From: an uncultured Lachnospiraceae bacterium
GTDB taxonomy: Bacteria; Bacillota; Clostridia; Oscillospirales; CAG-272
DNA length: 44,963 nucleotides
Assembly: GCA_964424855.1 (NCBI GenBank)
Contig: CAYRKS010000001.1
Coordinates: 1 to 44,963, forward strand
Reading direction: 5' to 3'
Part shown: in pieces, positions 33,621 through 41,081 of the stretch
How positions within the stretch are numbered: position 1 is the stretch's first letter
How the letters are laid out: each line of letters opens with the position of its first letter
Notes under the pieces: generated by a model
Told to the model about the DNA's origin: nothing
Databases searched by the model: none
The model's input: the letters and a program-made list of their open reading frames with translations, nothing else
Position numbers and translations under genes: made by a program

Positions 33621-34585
33621 AGCGTTTTGCCCTTGAAATAATCGAGTGCGGTGTTCGAATCGCGCTCGATCTGCGTCTTTAGTGCATCGACATCCGAGAA
33701 TTTCATTTCCCCGCGGAGGCGTTTGAAAAGCTCAACGCGGACGGTTTTTCCGTATACCCAGTCCGAAAAGCCGAGGATGTGGGTCTCACAGTTCACGCGG
33801 TCGCTCGAATCGACGGTCGGTCGAACTCCGATGTTTGAGGCACCGACATATTTTTTGCCGTCGATCGTTACGAGCGAGGCGTATATACCGTGGAGCGGTA
33901 CGAGCTTTCCGCTCGGGAAGTCCTGATTTATCGTCGGGAGTCCGAGAGTGCGTCCCAGCTCCTTTCCGTGCATAACGGGAGCATCGAGGAAAAAGGGATG
34001 TCCGAGCAGTGAAGCGGCGGTCTCGGTATCTCCGCTTTCGAGAAGGTGTCGAATAGAGCTTGAGCTGATCGGCATACCGTCGGCGTTGATCGGTGGGACG
34101 ACTATGCAGTCATCGGCGAGAGCCTTTAGGGTCTCGGAGCTTCCCACGCCGTTTTTTCCGAAGCTGTAATTAAAGCCGCAGACGAGCGTTTTTGCGCCGC
34201 ATTCACCGATAAGCAGCTCCTTTACGAATTTCTCGGGCGAGAGACCGCGGACATCGGCGAAATCGGCGAGTATTGCGTAATCGACCCCCAGCTCGGAAAG
34301 GCTCGATAGCTTTTCGGGGAGAGTCGTGAGCGAGCGCATACCGAGCTTTTCGGGCAGAACTCCGGGATCGTCGGAGAAGGTCCAGACGGCGCAGGGACGG
34401 TCGTTTTTCCTTGCGTTTTCGATCGCCGCGTTTATGAGCGCGGCGTGTCCTCGGTGAACGCCGTCAAAGCTGCCGAGCGCGATCGTAAGTCCCTTTTCAA
34501 GCTCGAGCCGAAGTCTTATTTCAGCACAAGAAGGAGAGCCGAGGCTCTCCTTTTTTTTCATTTTTTTGAGATCGTATATTTCCAT
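33617..34585 (-). CDS. ribF: Bifunctional riboflavin kinase / FMN adenylyltransferase
   Basis: ALGSFDGVHRGHAALI is the FAD synthetase motif. The C-terminal riboflavin kinase region reads GRTLGLPTINQ..GIYASLV..GASNIGVRPT..ETHILGF. The start could be a downstream Met. Confidence 0.93.
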   Translation of the reverse strand: MEIYDLKKMKKKESLGSPSCAEIRLRLELEKGLTIALGSFDGVHRGHAALINAAIENARKNDRPCAVWTFSDDPGVLPEKLGMRSLTTLPEKLSSLSELGVDYAILADFADVRGLSPEKFVKELLIGECGAKTLVCGFNYSFGKNGVGSSETLKALADDCIVVPPINADGMPISSSSIRHLLESGDTETAASLLGHPFFLDAPVMHGKELGRTLGLPTINQDFPSGKLVPLHGIYASLVTIDGKKYVGASNIGVRPTVDSSDRVNCETHILGFSDWVYGKTVRVELFKRLRGEMKFSDVDALKTQIERDSNTALDYFKGKTL

Positions 34586-34607
34586 ACCTATAAAATTCGG
34601 GCGAAGA

Positions 34608-34895
34608 TCAGATACCGAGGTAGTTCCGAACGAGTGCGTTGAGAAGCTCGTCGCGGTCGATACGGCGGATGAGGCTGCGCGCGTTCTTATAGTTGGTGAT
34701 GTAGGTCGGATCCTCTGAGAGTATGTATCCGACGAGCTGGTTGATCGGATTGTAGCCCTTTTCGCGAAGAGCCTCGTAAATGGTGGTGAGGGTATTCTTC
34801 ATCTCGTCCTCCTTTTCGTCGCGGACGGAGAAGGTTATCGTCTTGGAACGATCGGCAGGATTTTGTTTTTCCTTATCTGCGGTTTGCATCGGCAT
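34608..34895 (-). CDS. ireB: IreB-family regulatory phosphoprotein (UPF0297/YrzL)
   Basis: [56 protein letters not shown] is almost identical in pattern to YrzL/IreB. The N-terminal region is Thr-rich. Confidence 0.9.
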   Translation of the reverse strand: MPMQTADKEKQNPADRSKTITFSVRDEKEDEMKNTLTTIYEALREKGYNPINQLVGYILSEDPTYITNYKNARSLIRRIDRDELLNALVRNYLGI

Positions 34896-34927
34896 CTTTA
34901 TCAGTCCTTTCGTATTAGCATGAATAT

Positions 34928-34956
34928 ATTCTACACCATTCAGGATTTTTTTGCAA
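34928..34956 (-). promoter_or_regulatory. Sigma-A type promoter of the ireB-ribF-dac operon
   Basis: On the minus strand: TTGCAA - 17 nt - TAGAAT, ~30 nt upstream of the ireB ATG. Confidence 0.55.
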
Positions 34957-35011
34957 TGGTTTTTTCGTAAATGTAAGGTTAATGTAATGTTAAATCAGCT
35001 TAAAGCGGGCT

Positions 35012-37069
35012 TCAGGGTCTGCGGCGGCGGTCATGATCATTTCGCTTAGGCGGCTGATTTTTGCCCGATTTTTGGTAGGGCTTTTGCTCGGAATATCCGC
35101 TCGGACGGCGTTCATCGCGGCGAGGTGAGGAGGAATGCGGCGGCTTTTGCTCGGCGGTGTGCTTTTTGCCGGGGCGATCTCCGGGTCTTCTCGGCTCATT
35201 TTTGAAGCTCTGAGTTTTCGACGGTCTTCGGTCGGGACGATGAGCATCATATGCACCGTGAGGCTCACGCTCGGGCTTTACGAGGCATTCGGGCGAGAAG
35301 CCGATCAGATCCTCGCGGTGGCAGAGACGCAGAGCCTTTCGTACAAGAGGTGCGTTTTCGGGCTTACCCCACTGTAGAAGTGCGCGCTGGAGCTTTTTCT
35401 CCTCGTAATCGACGGCGCAGTAGACCGGCTTCATCGTGAGGGGATCGAGTCCGGTGTAATACATTACGGTCGAGGCGGTTCCGGGGGTCGGATAGAAATC
35501 CTGAACCTGCTCGGGCGAATAGCCCCAGGTCTTCAGATATTCCGCAAGCTCCACCGCGTCCGAGAGACGGCTTCCGGGGTGACTCGACATGAGATAGGGG
35601 ACAAGATACTGCTCCTTGCCGAAGCTCTTTGTCAGCTCGAAATAACGCTTTTTGAAGGCTTCGAAGACCTCGATCGAGGGCTTGCCCATACAGCCGAGCA
35701 CCTGAGCGGCACAGTGCTCGGGTGCGACCTTGAGCTGACCGCTGACATGGTCACGAACGAGCTTTTTGAAAAACTCCTCGTTTTTATCTGCCATAACGTA
35801 GTCAAAGCGTATTCCCGAGCGGATAAAGACCTTTTTGACCTTCGGCAGAGCCTCGATCTTTGAGAGCAGCTCGATATATTCGGTGTGATCGACCTCGAGG
35901 TTTTTACAGGGGGTCGGAGCGAGGCAGCGGCGGTTGGGACATACGCCGCTCTCGAGCTGCTTTTTGCAGGCGGGATAGCGGAAATCGGCGGTCGGGCCTC
36001 CGACATCGTTGATATAGCCCTTGAAATTGGGCAGAGTGGTTATGAGCTTTGCCTCCTCGACGACCGAATCGATCGATCTCGAGCGGACGGTTCGTCCCTG
36101 GTGGAAGGCAATGGCGCAGAAGGCGCAGGCACCGAAGCAGCCGCGGTTATGCGTTACCGACATCTCGACCTCGGTTATTGCCGGGACTCCGCCCTCCTTA
36201 TCGTAGATCGGGTGAGGCTTTCGAGCATAGGGCAGAGCGTATACCGCATCGAGCTCCTCGCGCTCGAGCGGAGGCATGGGCGGATTCTGGACGAGCATTT
36301 TGTTGTCGTAATATTCGACCAGAGCCTTTCCGGATATTGCGTCGGTGTTTTTATACTGAACACCGAATGCCTCTGCATAGCGGCGTTTATCGGTTTTGAG
36401 GTCATCGTAATCCCATTCGCCCGCGACCTCGAAATGCGGCTTATCCTCGCGCGAGGTGAGGTATACGGTTCCGCGGACATCGTGTATCTTTTTGACGGGA
36501 ACACCCTTGTCGAGGAGCTTTGCTATCCTGCGAAGGATATTTTCGCCCATGCCGTAGGTGAGTATATCCGCGCGGGAATCGACGAGTATCGAGCGGCGAA
36601 CCTTATCGTCCCAATAGTCATAGTGTGCGAGGCGGCGGAGGGAGGCTTCGAGACCTCCGAGGATTATCGGGACATCACCGTATGCCTCGCGGATGCGGTT
36701 ACAGTAGACTATGACGGCGCGGTCGGGGCGTTTGCCCATCTTTCCACCGGGCGAATAATAGTCATAGTTGCGCTTTTTCTTTGAAACGGTGTAATGCGCG
36801 ACCATAGAGTCGATATTTCCGGCAGAGACGAGGAAGCCGAGACGGGGGCGACCGAACTCCTTGAAGGCTTCGCAGGATTTATAATCGGGCTGAGCGAGAA
36901 ACGCGACGCGATAGCCCTCTGCTTCGAGAACACGGGTTATTATTGCCGCTCCGAAGCTCGGATGGTCAACGTATGCGTCGCCGCAGACATAGACGAAATC
37001 GGGGCGATCCCAGCCGCGGCTCTGCATATCGGCGCGCGAGATCGGTAAAAATTCGGGATTTATTATCAT
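35012..37069 (-). CDS. ygiQ: YgiQ-family radical SAM protein (UPF0313) with a basic low-complexity C-terminal tail
   Basis: The N-terminus FLPISRADMQSRGWDRPDFVYVCGDAYVDHPSFGAAII is diagnostic of YgiQ. The radical SAM cluster motif is CFGACAFC. Confidence 0.9.
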   Translation of the reverse strand: MIINPEFLPISRADMQSRGWDRPDFVYVCGDAYVDHPSFGAAIITRVLEAEGYRVAFLAQPDYKSCEAFKEFGRPRLGFLVSAGNIDSMVAHYTVSKKKRNYDYYSPGGKMGKRPDRAVIVYCNRIREAYGDVPIILGGLEASLRRLAHYDYWDDKVRRSILVDSRADILTYGMGENILRRIAKLLDKGVPVKKIHDVRGTVYLTSREDKPHFEVAGEWDYDDLKTDKRRYAEAFGVQYKNTDAISGKALVEYYDNKMLVQNPPMPPLEREELDAVYALPYARKPHPIYDKEGGVPAITEVEMSVTHNRGCFGACAFCAIAFHQGRTVRSRSIDSVVEEAKLITTLPNFKGYINDVGGPTADFRYPACKKQLESGVCPNRRCLAPTPCKNLEVDHTEYIELLSKIEALPKVKKVFIRSGIRFDYVMADKNEEFFKKLVRDHVSGQLKVAPEHCAAQVLGCMGKPSIEVFEAFKKRYFELTKSFGKEQYLVPYLMSSHPGSRLSDAVELAEYLKTWGYSPEQVQDFYPTPGTASTVMYYTGLDPLTMKPVYCAVDYEEKKLQRALLQWGKPENAPLVRKALRLCHREDLIGFSPECLVKPEREPHGAYDAHRPDRRPSKTQSFKNEPRRPGDRPGKKHTAEQKPPHSSSPRRDERRPSGYSEQKPYQKSGKNQPPKRNDHDRRRRP

Positions 37070-37182
37070 TGGTTTGGCATTATGCCTCGAATTTTTGGGT
37101 CGGGTATCCGAGGCGATTCCTTTCTTAAAAGCGTTTTATATAAATATTATACCATATATTTTGCCGATAGTCAAGACAGGAC

Positions 37183-37211
37183 TTGACAAATCGCCCGAGA
37201 TAATTTATAAT
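37183..37211 (+). promoter_or_regulatory. Sigma-A type promoter of the MreB-like gene
   Basis: TTGACA - 17 nt - TATAAT, followed by a ~140-nt leader. Confidence 0.65.
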
Positions 37212-37359
37212 ATTAGCATAGGGGCTTTTTGCGCTTCGGAAAAATCGAACGAAAAGCCGCAAACGAGGATAATATTTTGAGGAAGCTCCGAAAACAAATT
37301 TCCGGGCTGCCTTCATGTGAAGGCTCCGAAAGAAGGAGCGGAAAGGAACTTCTGTAGCT

Positions 37360-38316
37360 ATGAGATCAATTATCGGCCTTGACTTTGGAGGCTGCAACAC
37401 CGAGATATATGTAAAGGGCAAGGGGATAGTGCTTCGCGAGCCGTCGCTTGCGGCGGTCGATGCCGAGGGAAATGTGATCGCGGTAGGCACCGAGGCACTG
37501 CTGATACGCGGTCGTGCGCCCGGATCGGTCACGATACGGCGACCGATCCGCGACAGTGTTATAAGTGATTTTAATCTGACCGCCGAGATGCTCGACAGAT
37601 TTATCGAGACTGCCGCGCCTTCGGGGCGCAAGCGGGTATATGTCGCGGTTAAAGCGGGAATAAGCGGTGAGAACCGTCAGATGATCCGCTCCGCGCTTGC
37701 CGACTGTCGGGTATCGCGAAGTGAATTTATCGAGTCGCCGATCGCCGCACTGAAGGGGAGCGGATTTTCGGATGAAGGCGGGATATTGCTCTGCGACATC
37801 GGAGCGGGCTCGGTCGAATGCTCGTATATGCGCGACGGAGATATTTTGCGCACCGAGACCTACTTCGGCGGCGGACGAGATGCGGACAAGGCGATATGCG
37901 CGTATTTAAGGCGGAGATACGGGCTTGCGGCGACAAAAATCGCGGCATCGAACGCAAAGCACAAGCTCTCGCTCATCGATGAGGGTGAGCCGATAACAAT
38001 AACCGGGCTCGACACCTCGACGGGGCTTCCGAAGAAAAAGAGTGTTTCGCCCTCGGAGCTGCTGCGCTGTGCCGCGCCGCAGATAAAGGGTGCTCTCGAC
38101 TGCATAACGGCGGTAAAGCAGAATCTTCCGCGCTATGCCGGAGTGGAGGCAACAGTCGATAGAGTCGTACTGGTCGGCGGAGGCGCGGCACTTCCGGGCA
38201 TTGCCGAGTACATAGAAGCCGAGGTACAGCTGCCGGTCTCGGCGGTCGAAGCTCCGCTTGACTGCACGGTTTCGGGGCTGGGAAGGCTTATAGAAGAGGA
38301 AAGCGGCGGTCGGTAA
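37360..38316 (+). CDS. Divergent MreB/Mbl-family actin-like ATPase (stand-alone, no mreC/mreD)
   Basis: IGLDFGGCNTEIYVKGKGIVLREPSLAAV, IRRPIRDSVISDF, DIGAGSVECS, GGGRDAD and LVGGGAALPG align with the MreB phosphate/adenosine motifs, with many substitutions. Confidence 0.75.
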   Translation: MRSIIGLDFGGCNTEIYVKGKGIVLREPSLAAVDAEGNVIAVGTEALLIRGRAPGSVTIRRPIRDSVISDFNLTAEMLDRFIETAAPSGRKRVYVAVKAGISGENRQMIRSALADCRVSRSEFIESPIAALKGSGFSDEGGILLCDIGAGSVECSYMRDGDILRTETYFGGGRDADKAICAYLRRRYGLAATKIAASNAKHKLSLIDEGEPITITGLDTSTGLPKKKSVSPSELLRCAAPQIKGALDCITAVKQNLPRYAGVEATVDRVVLVGGGAALPGIAEYIEAEVQLPVSAVEAPLDCTVSGLGRLIEEESGGR

Positions 38317-38369
38317 GAGATGAAAATCAAAAAAACCGAGAAAAAATCGGAGAAATTTTCATTTACCTA

Positions 38370-38398
38370 TTGCATTTTGAGCCGAAATGTGATATACT
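38370..38398 (+). promoter_or_regulatory. Sigma-A type promoter of the rimP-nusA-infB operon (extended -10)
   Basis: TTGCAT - 17 nt - TATACT preceded by TGa. Confidence 0.6.
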
Positions 38399-38424
38399 AT
38401 ATATAGTAAGATCAAGTATAAAGG

Positions 38425-38459
38425 AGAGTGGGTTTCAAAAAAGCCCACTCTTAATTTTG
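38425..38459 (+). terminator. Leader terminator/attenuator hairpin upstream of rimP
   Basis: 8-9 bp stem agagtggg(t) / (g)cccactct with a 9-nt loop, followed by the interrupted U-tract ttaattttgt. It lies between the promoter and the rimP RBS. Confidence 0.55.
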
Positions 38460-38479
38460 TAGCAAAGCGGGGAGTGTAA

Positions 38480-38962
38480 ATGAAAAACAAGAAAAACGCA
38501 AAAAGCATAGTCTCGCAGGTCTCGGAGGCTCTCACGCCGGTTATAAACGAGCTGGGCTATGAGGTATGGGACATTGAATATGTCAAGGAGGGTGCGGATT
38601 ATTTTCTGCGCTTTACGATCGACAGCGACGATGGTATAACAATCGAGGACTGCGAAAGGGTGCATCGGACGATCGATCCGCTGCTCGATGAGCTCGACCC
38701 GATCGAGGAGGCATACAACCTTCAGGTCTCGTCTCCGGGACTTGAGCGCGATGTGAAATATCCGTGGCACTATGAGGTGCTTATCGGCGAAAAGCTTGAG
38801 CTGCGTCTTTTTGCGCCGCTCGAGGCGTATCCCGGAAAGAAGTCCTTTGTCGGCACGCTCGAGTCGTTTGAGAACGATGTTGCCGTCATAAAGGAGGGCG
38901 AAGCTCTTTACAGCATACCGCTCGAGTCGGTATCCAAGGCAAGGACAGTATTTGATTTCTGA
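38480..38962 (+). CDS. rimP: Ribosome maturation factor RimP
   Basis: LGYEVWDIEYVKEG..FLRFTID...ITIEDCERVHRTIDPLLDELDPI..AYNLQVSSPGLERDVK is diagnostic, as is its position upstream of nusA. Confidence 0.95.
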   Translation: MKNKKNAKSIVSQVSEALTPVINELGYEVWDIEYVKEGADYFLRFTIDSDDGITIEDCERVHRTIDPLLDELDPIEEAYNLQVSSPGLERDVKYPWHYEVLIGEKLELRLFAPLEAYPGKKSFVGTLESFENDVAVIKEGEALYSIPLESVSKARTVFDF

Positions 38963-38999
38963 TCTGTTTGTTATTTTTGAAAGGAATGGTTATTAAAAA

Positions 39000-40262
39000 A
39001 TGAATTCTGAGTTATTTGAGGCTCTTGAGCTGCTTGAGAAGGAAAAGGGCATATCGGTCGATTATATGCTCGAGAGAGTTGAGGCGGCTCTTATAAGTGC
39101 GTACAAGAAGGATAAGAACGGTCTTGACAATGTTCGCGTTGAGATCGACCGTGCAAAGCAGTCGATAAAGATGTTTGAGCAGAAGAACATAGTTTCCGAG
39201 GTCGAAAATCCCGAAACCGAGATAACTCTCGAGGACGCGCTGAAGGTCAACCGCAGATACACGCTCGGCGGCGTATGTGAGACTGAGCTGAAGCCGAAGA
39301 ACTTCCGTCGTCTCTCGGCGCAGACCGCAAAGCAGGTCATCATCCAGGGCATCCGCGAGGCGGAGCGTTCGATGATGATCAAGGAGTATGAAAGCAAGAA
39401 GGAAGAGATCATCACCGCTATCGTCGATAAGGTCGATCCCGAGAACGAGGACGTACTGGTCGATACCGGAACGAGCAAGGTCTACCTCAAGAAGAACGAT
39501 CAGATCCCGGGCGAGAAGTTCAGCGTCGGCGAGCATATCAAGGTATTTGTCACCGAGGTAATGAAGGAATCGGTGCGCGGTCCGCTCGTAAGCCTTTCGA
39601 GAACGGCTGCCGGACTTGTAAAGCGTCTTTTCGAGCTTGAAATCCCCGAGATTCACGACGGCGTTGTCGTTATCATGTCGATAACCCGTGAGGCGGGCTC
39701 GCGCACGAAGATGGCGGTAATGAGCCGCGACCCGAACGTCGATCCGATCGGTGCCTGCATCGGAAACCGCGGAATGCGTATCCAGCCGATAATAAACGAG
39801 CTTCGCGGTGAAAAGATCGATATCGTTAAGTACAGCGAGGATCCCGCCGAGTACATCAGCGCGGCTCTTTCGCCCGCAGCGGTTCAGGAGGTCATTATTG
39901 ACAACGAGCGTTCCTGCCGAGTTGTCGTTGCGGCGGATCAGCTCTCACTTGCCATAGGTAAGGAGGGACAGAATGCGCGTCTTGCCGCGCGTCTGACCGG
40001 CTTTAAGATTGACATCAAAACGAAGTCGGCACTCGAAGAAGAGGAAGCGGCAAAGCGCGCCTTTATCGAATCCGCCGAGGAGGAAGAGGAGCTTGTCAGA
40101 GCCGAGCCGATAATCATTGACGACGGCATCGGCGAGGCAGAGGAGACCGAGACCCTTGATGAGGTTGAGGAGGAGACCGCTGAGGCAGTCGAAGCGGCTG
40201 AGACCGACGAGGACGAGGCGGAGGAAGCCGAGGTATCGCCCGAGGCAGAGCCCGAAGTCTGA
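39000..40262 (+). CDS. nusA: Transcription termination/antitermination factor NusA (acidic C-terminal tail)
   Basis: It has an N-terminal domain, S1 and two KH domains (GSRTKMAVMSRDPNVDPIGACIGNRGMRIQPIINELRGEKIDIV; LSLAIGKEGQNARLAARLTGFKIDIK). Confidence 0.97.
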   Translation: MNSELFEALELLEKEKGISVDYMLERVEAALISAYKKDKNGLDNVRVEIDRAKQSIKMFEQKNIVSEVENPETEITLEDALKVNRRYTLGGVCETELKPKNFRRLSAQTAKQVIIQGIREAERSMMIKEYESKKEEIITAIVDKVDPENEDVLVDTGTSKVYLKKNDQIPGEKFSVGEHIKVFVTEVMKESVRGPLVSLSRTAAGLVKRLFELEIPEIHDGVVVIMSITREAGSRTKMAVMSRDPNVDPIGACIGNRGMRIQPIINELRGEKIDIVKYSEDPAEYISAALSPAAVQEVIIDNERSCRVVVAADQLSLAIGKEGQNARLAARLTGFKIDIKTKSALEEEEAAKRAFIESAEEEEELVRAEPIIIDDGIGEAEETETLDEVEEETAEAVEAAETDEDEAEEAEVSPEAEPEV

Positions 40263-40370
40263 CGGCCATGGCAGTCCACGGCTTCAAAAGCACCGAAAAT
40301 ATAGCTATCCGGCAGGCGGAGATGACATAAAGCTCTGCCGCCGGGAGAAAAAACCGGAGGAAATAATATT

Positions 40371-40658
40371 TTGCAGGATAAAAACACGGCGAAGAAAAAG
40401 AAGCTTCCCGAGCGCAAGTGCCTCGGCTGCGGCGAAGCCAAGCCCAAGACCGAGCTTGCGAGGGTCGTAAGAGCTCCGGACGGCAGCGTTTCGCTCGACC
40501 TTACCGGACGCAAATCGGGGCGCGGAGCGTATGTTTGCAGGGATGTTGAGTGTCTGAAAAAATGCCGCCGCGCAAAGCGGATCGAACACAGTCTTGAGGT
40601 CGCGATCCCGGACGAGGTATGGGACGCGCTGGAAAAGGAGCTTGCCGGAAATGAATAA
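40371..40658 (+). CDS. ylxR: YlxR/RnpM-family (DUF448) RNA-binding protein
   Basis: RKCLGCGEAKPKTELARVV....LDLTGRKSGRGAYVC is diagnostic. The TTG start lies 9 nt after GGAGG. Confidence 0.9.
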   Translation: MQDKNTAKKKKLPERKCLGCGEAKPKTELARVVRAPDGSVSLDLTGRKSGRGAYVCRDVECLKKCRRAKRIEHSLEVAIPDEVWDALEKELAGNE

Positions 40659-41052
40659 CCGAAACGAAGATATGGAAATGACAAATAACGAGCGCGGCAG
40701 CTTTGAGGGGCTTCACAGCCTGAGGGTCGGCGGCGAGAGGAAGCTTTTATCGCTTCTGGGACTTGCCGCACGCGGGCGCAAGCTCGTATGCGGTACCGAT
40801 CTCTGCCGCGATTCGATACGGCGCGGAAATGCGATCTTGACGATCGTTGCCTCCGATGCCTCGGCAAACACTAAAAAGCGTATCATCGATGCCTGCAAAT
40901 ATTACGAGAGCGATATGTGCATAGCTCCGATAAGCTCATCGGAGCTGAGCCATCAGATCGGCAAAACGGGCGAGATAATGGTCATCTCGATAACCGACAT
41001 ACATTTTGCCGACGGAATTGCCGCGCTGTTTGACGACAGCGAGGCGAACTGA
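40651..41052 (+). CDS. ylxQ: L7Ae-family ribosomal-protein-like protein YlxQ
   Basis: LLGLAARGRKLVCGTDLCRDSIRRGNAILTIVASDASANTKKRI fits the YlxQ/L7Ae pattern. The ATG at 40651 overlaps the ylxR stop. The ORF-track start at 40594 would overlap ylxR by 65 nt. Confidence 0.85.
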   Translation: MNNRNEDMEMTNNERGSFEGLHSLRVGGERKLLSLLGLAARGRKLVCGTDLCRDSIRRGNAILTIVASDASANTKKRIIDACKYYESDMCIAPISSSELSHQIGKTGEIMVISITDIHFADGIAALFDDSEAN

Positions 41053-41081
41053 CTACCGACTGAAAGGATGAACTACAGAAT

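Noticed and set aside
35012-37069. The radical SAM gene as the missing activase for the glycyl radical enzyme
   Set aside because: The sequence is a textbook YgiQ/UPF0313 protein of 685 aa with the cluster motif mid-protein. It is not a ~300-aa PflA-type activase with an N-terminal CxxxCxxC. It also lies 24 kb away in an unrelated operon context.
37125-37631. 168-aa minus-strand ORF overlapping the MreB-like gene start and its leader
   Set aside because: It overlaps a promoter, a leader and the 5' end of a gene with clear actin-fold motifs. There is no RBS or homology signal.
38421-38451. RBS-like AAAGGAGA followed by GTG and an 8-codon mini-ORF in the rimP leader
   Set aside because: The GTG directly abuts the purine tract with no spacing. 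The sequence is better explained as the 5' arm of the leader hairpin.
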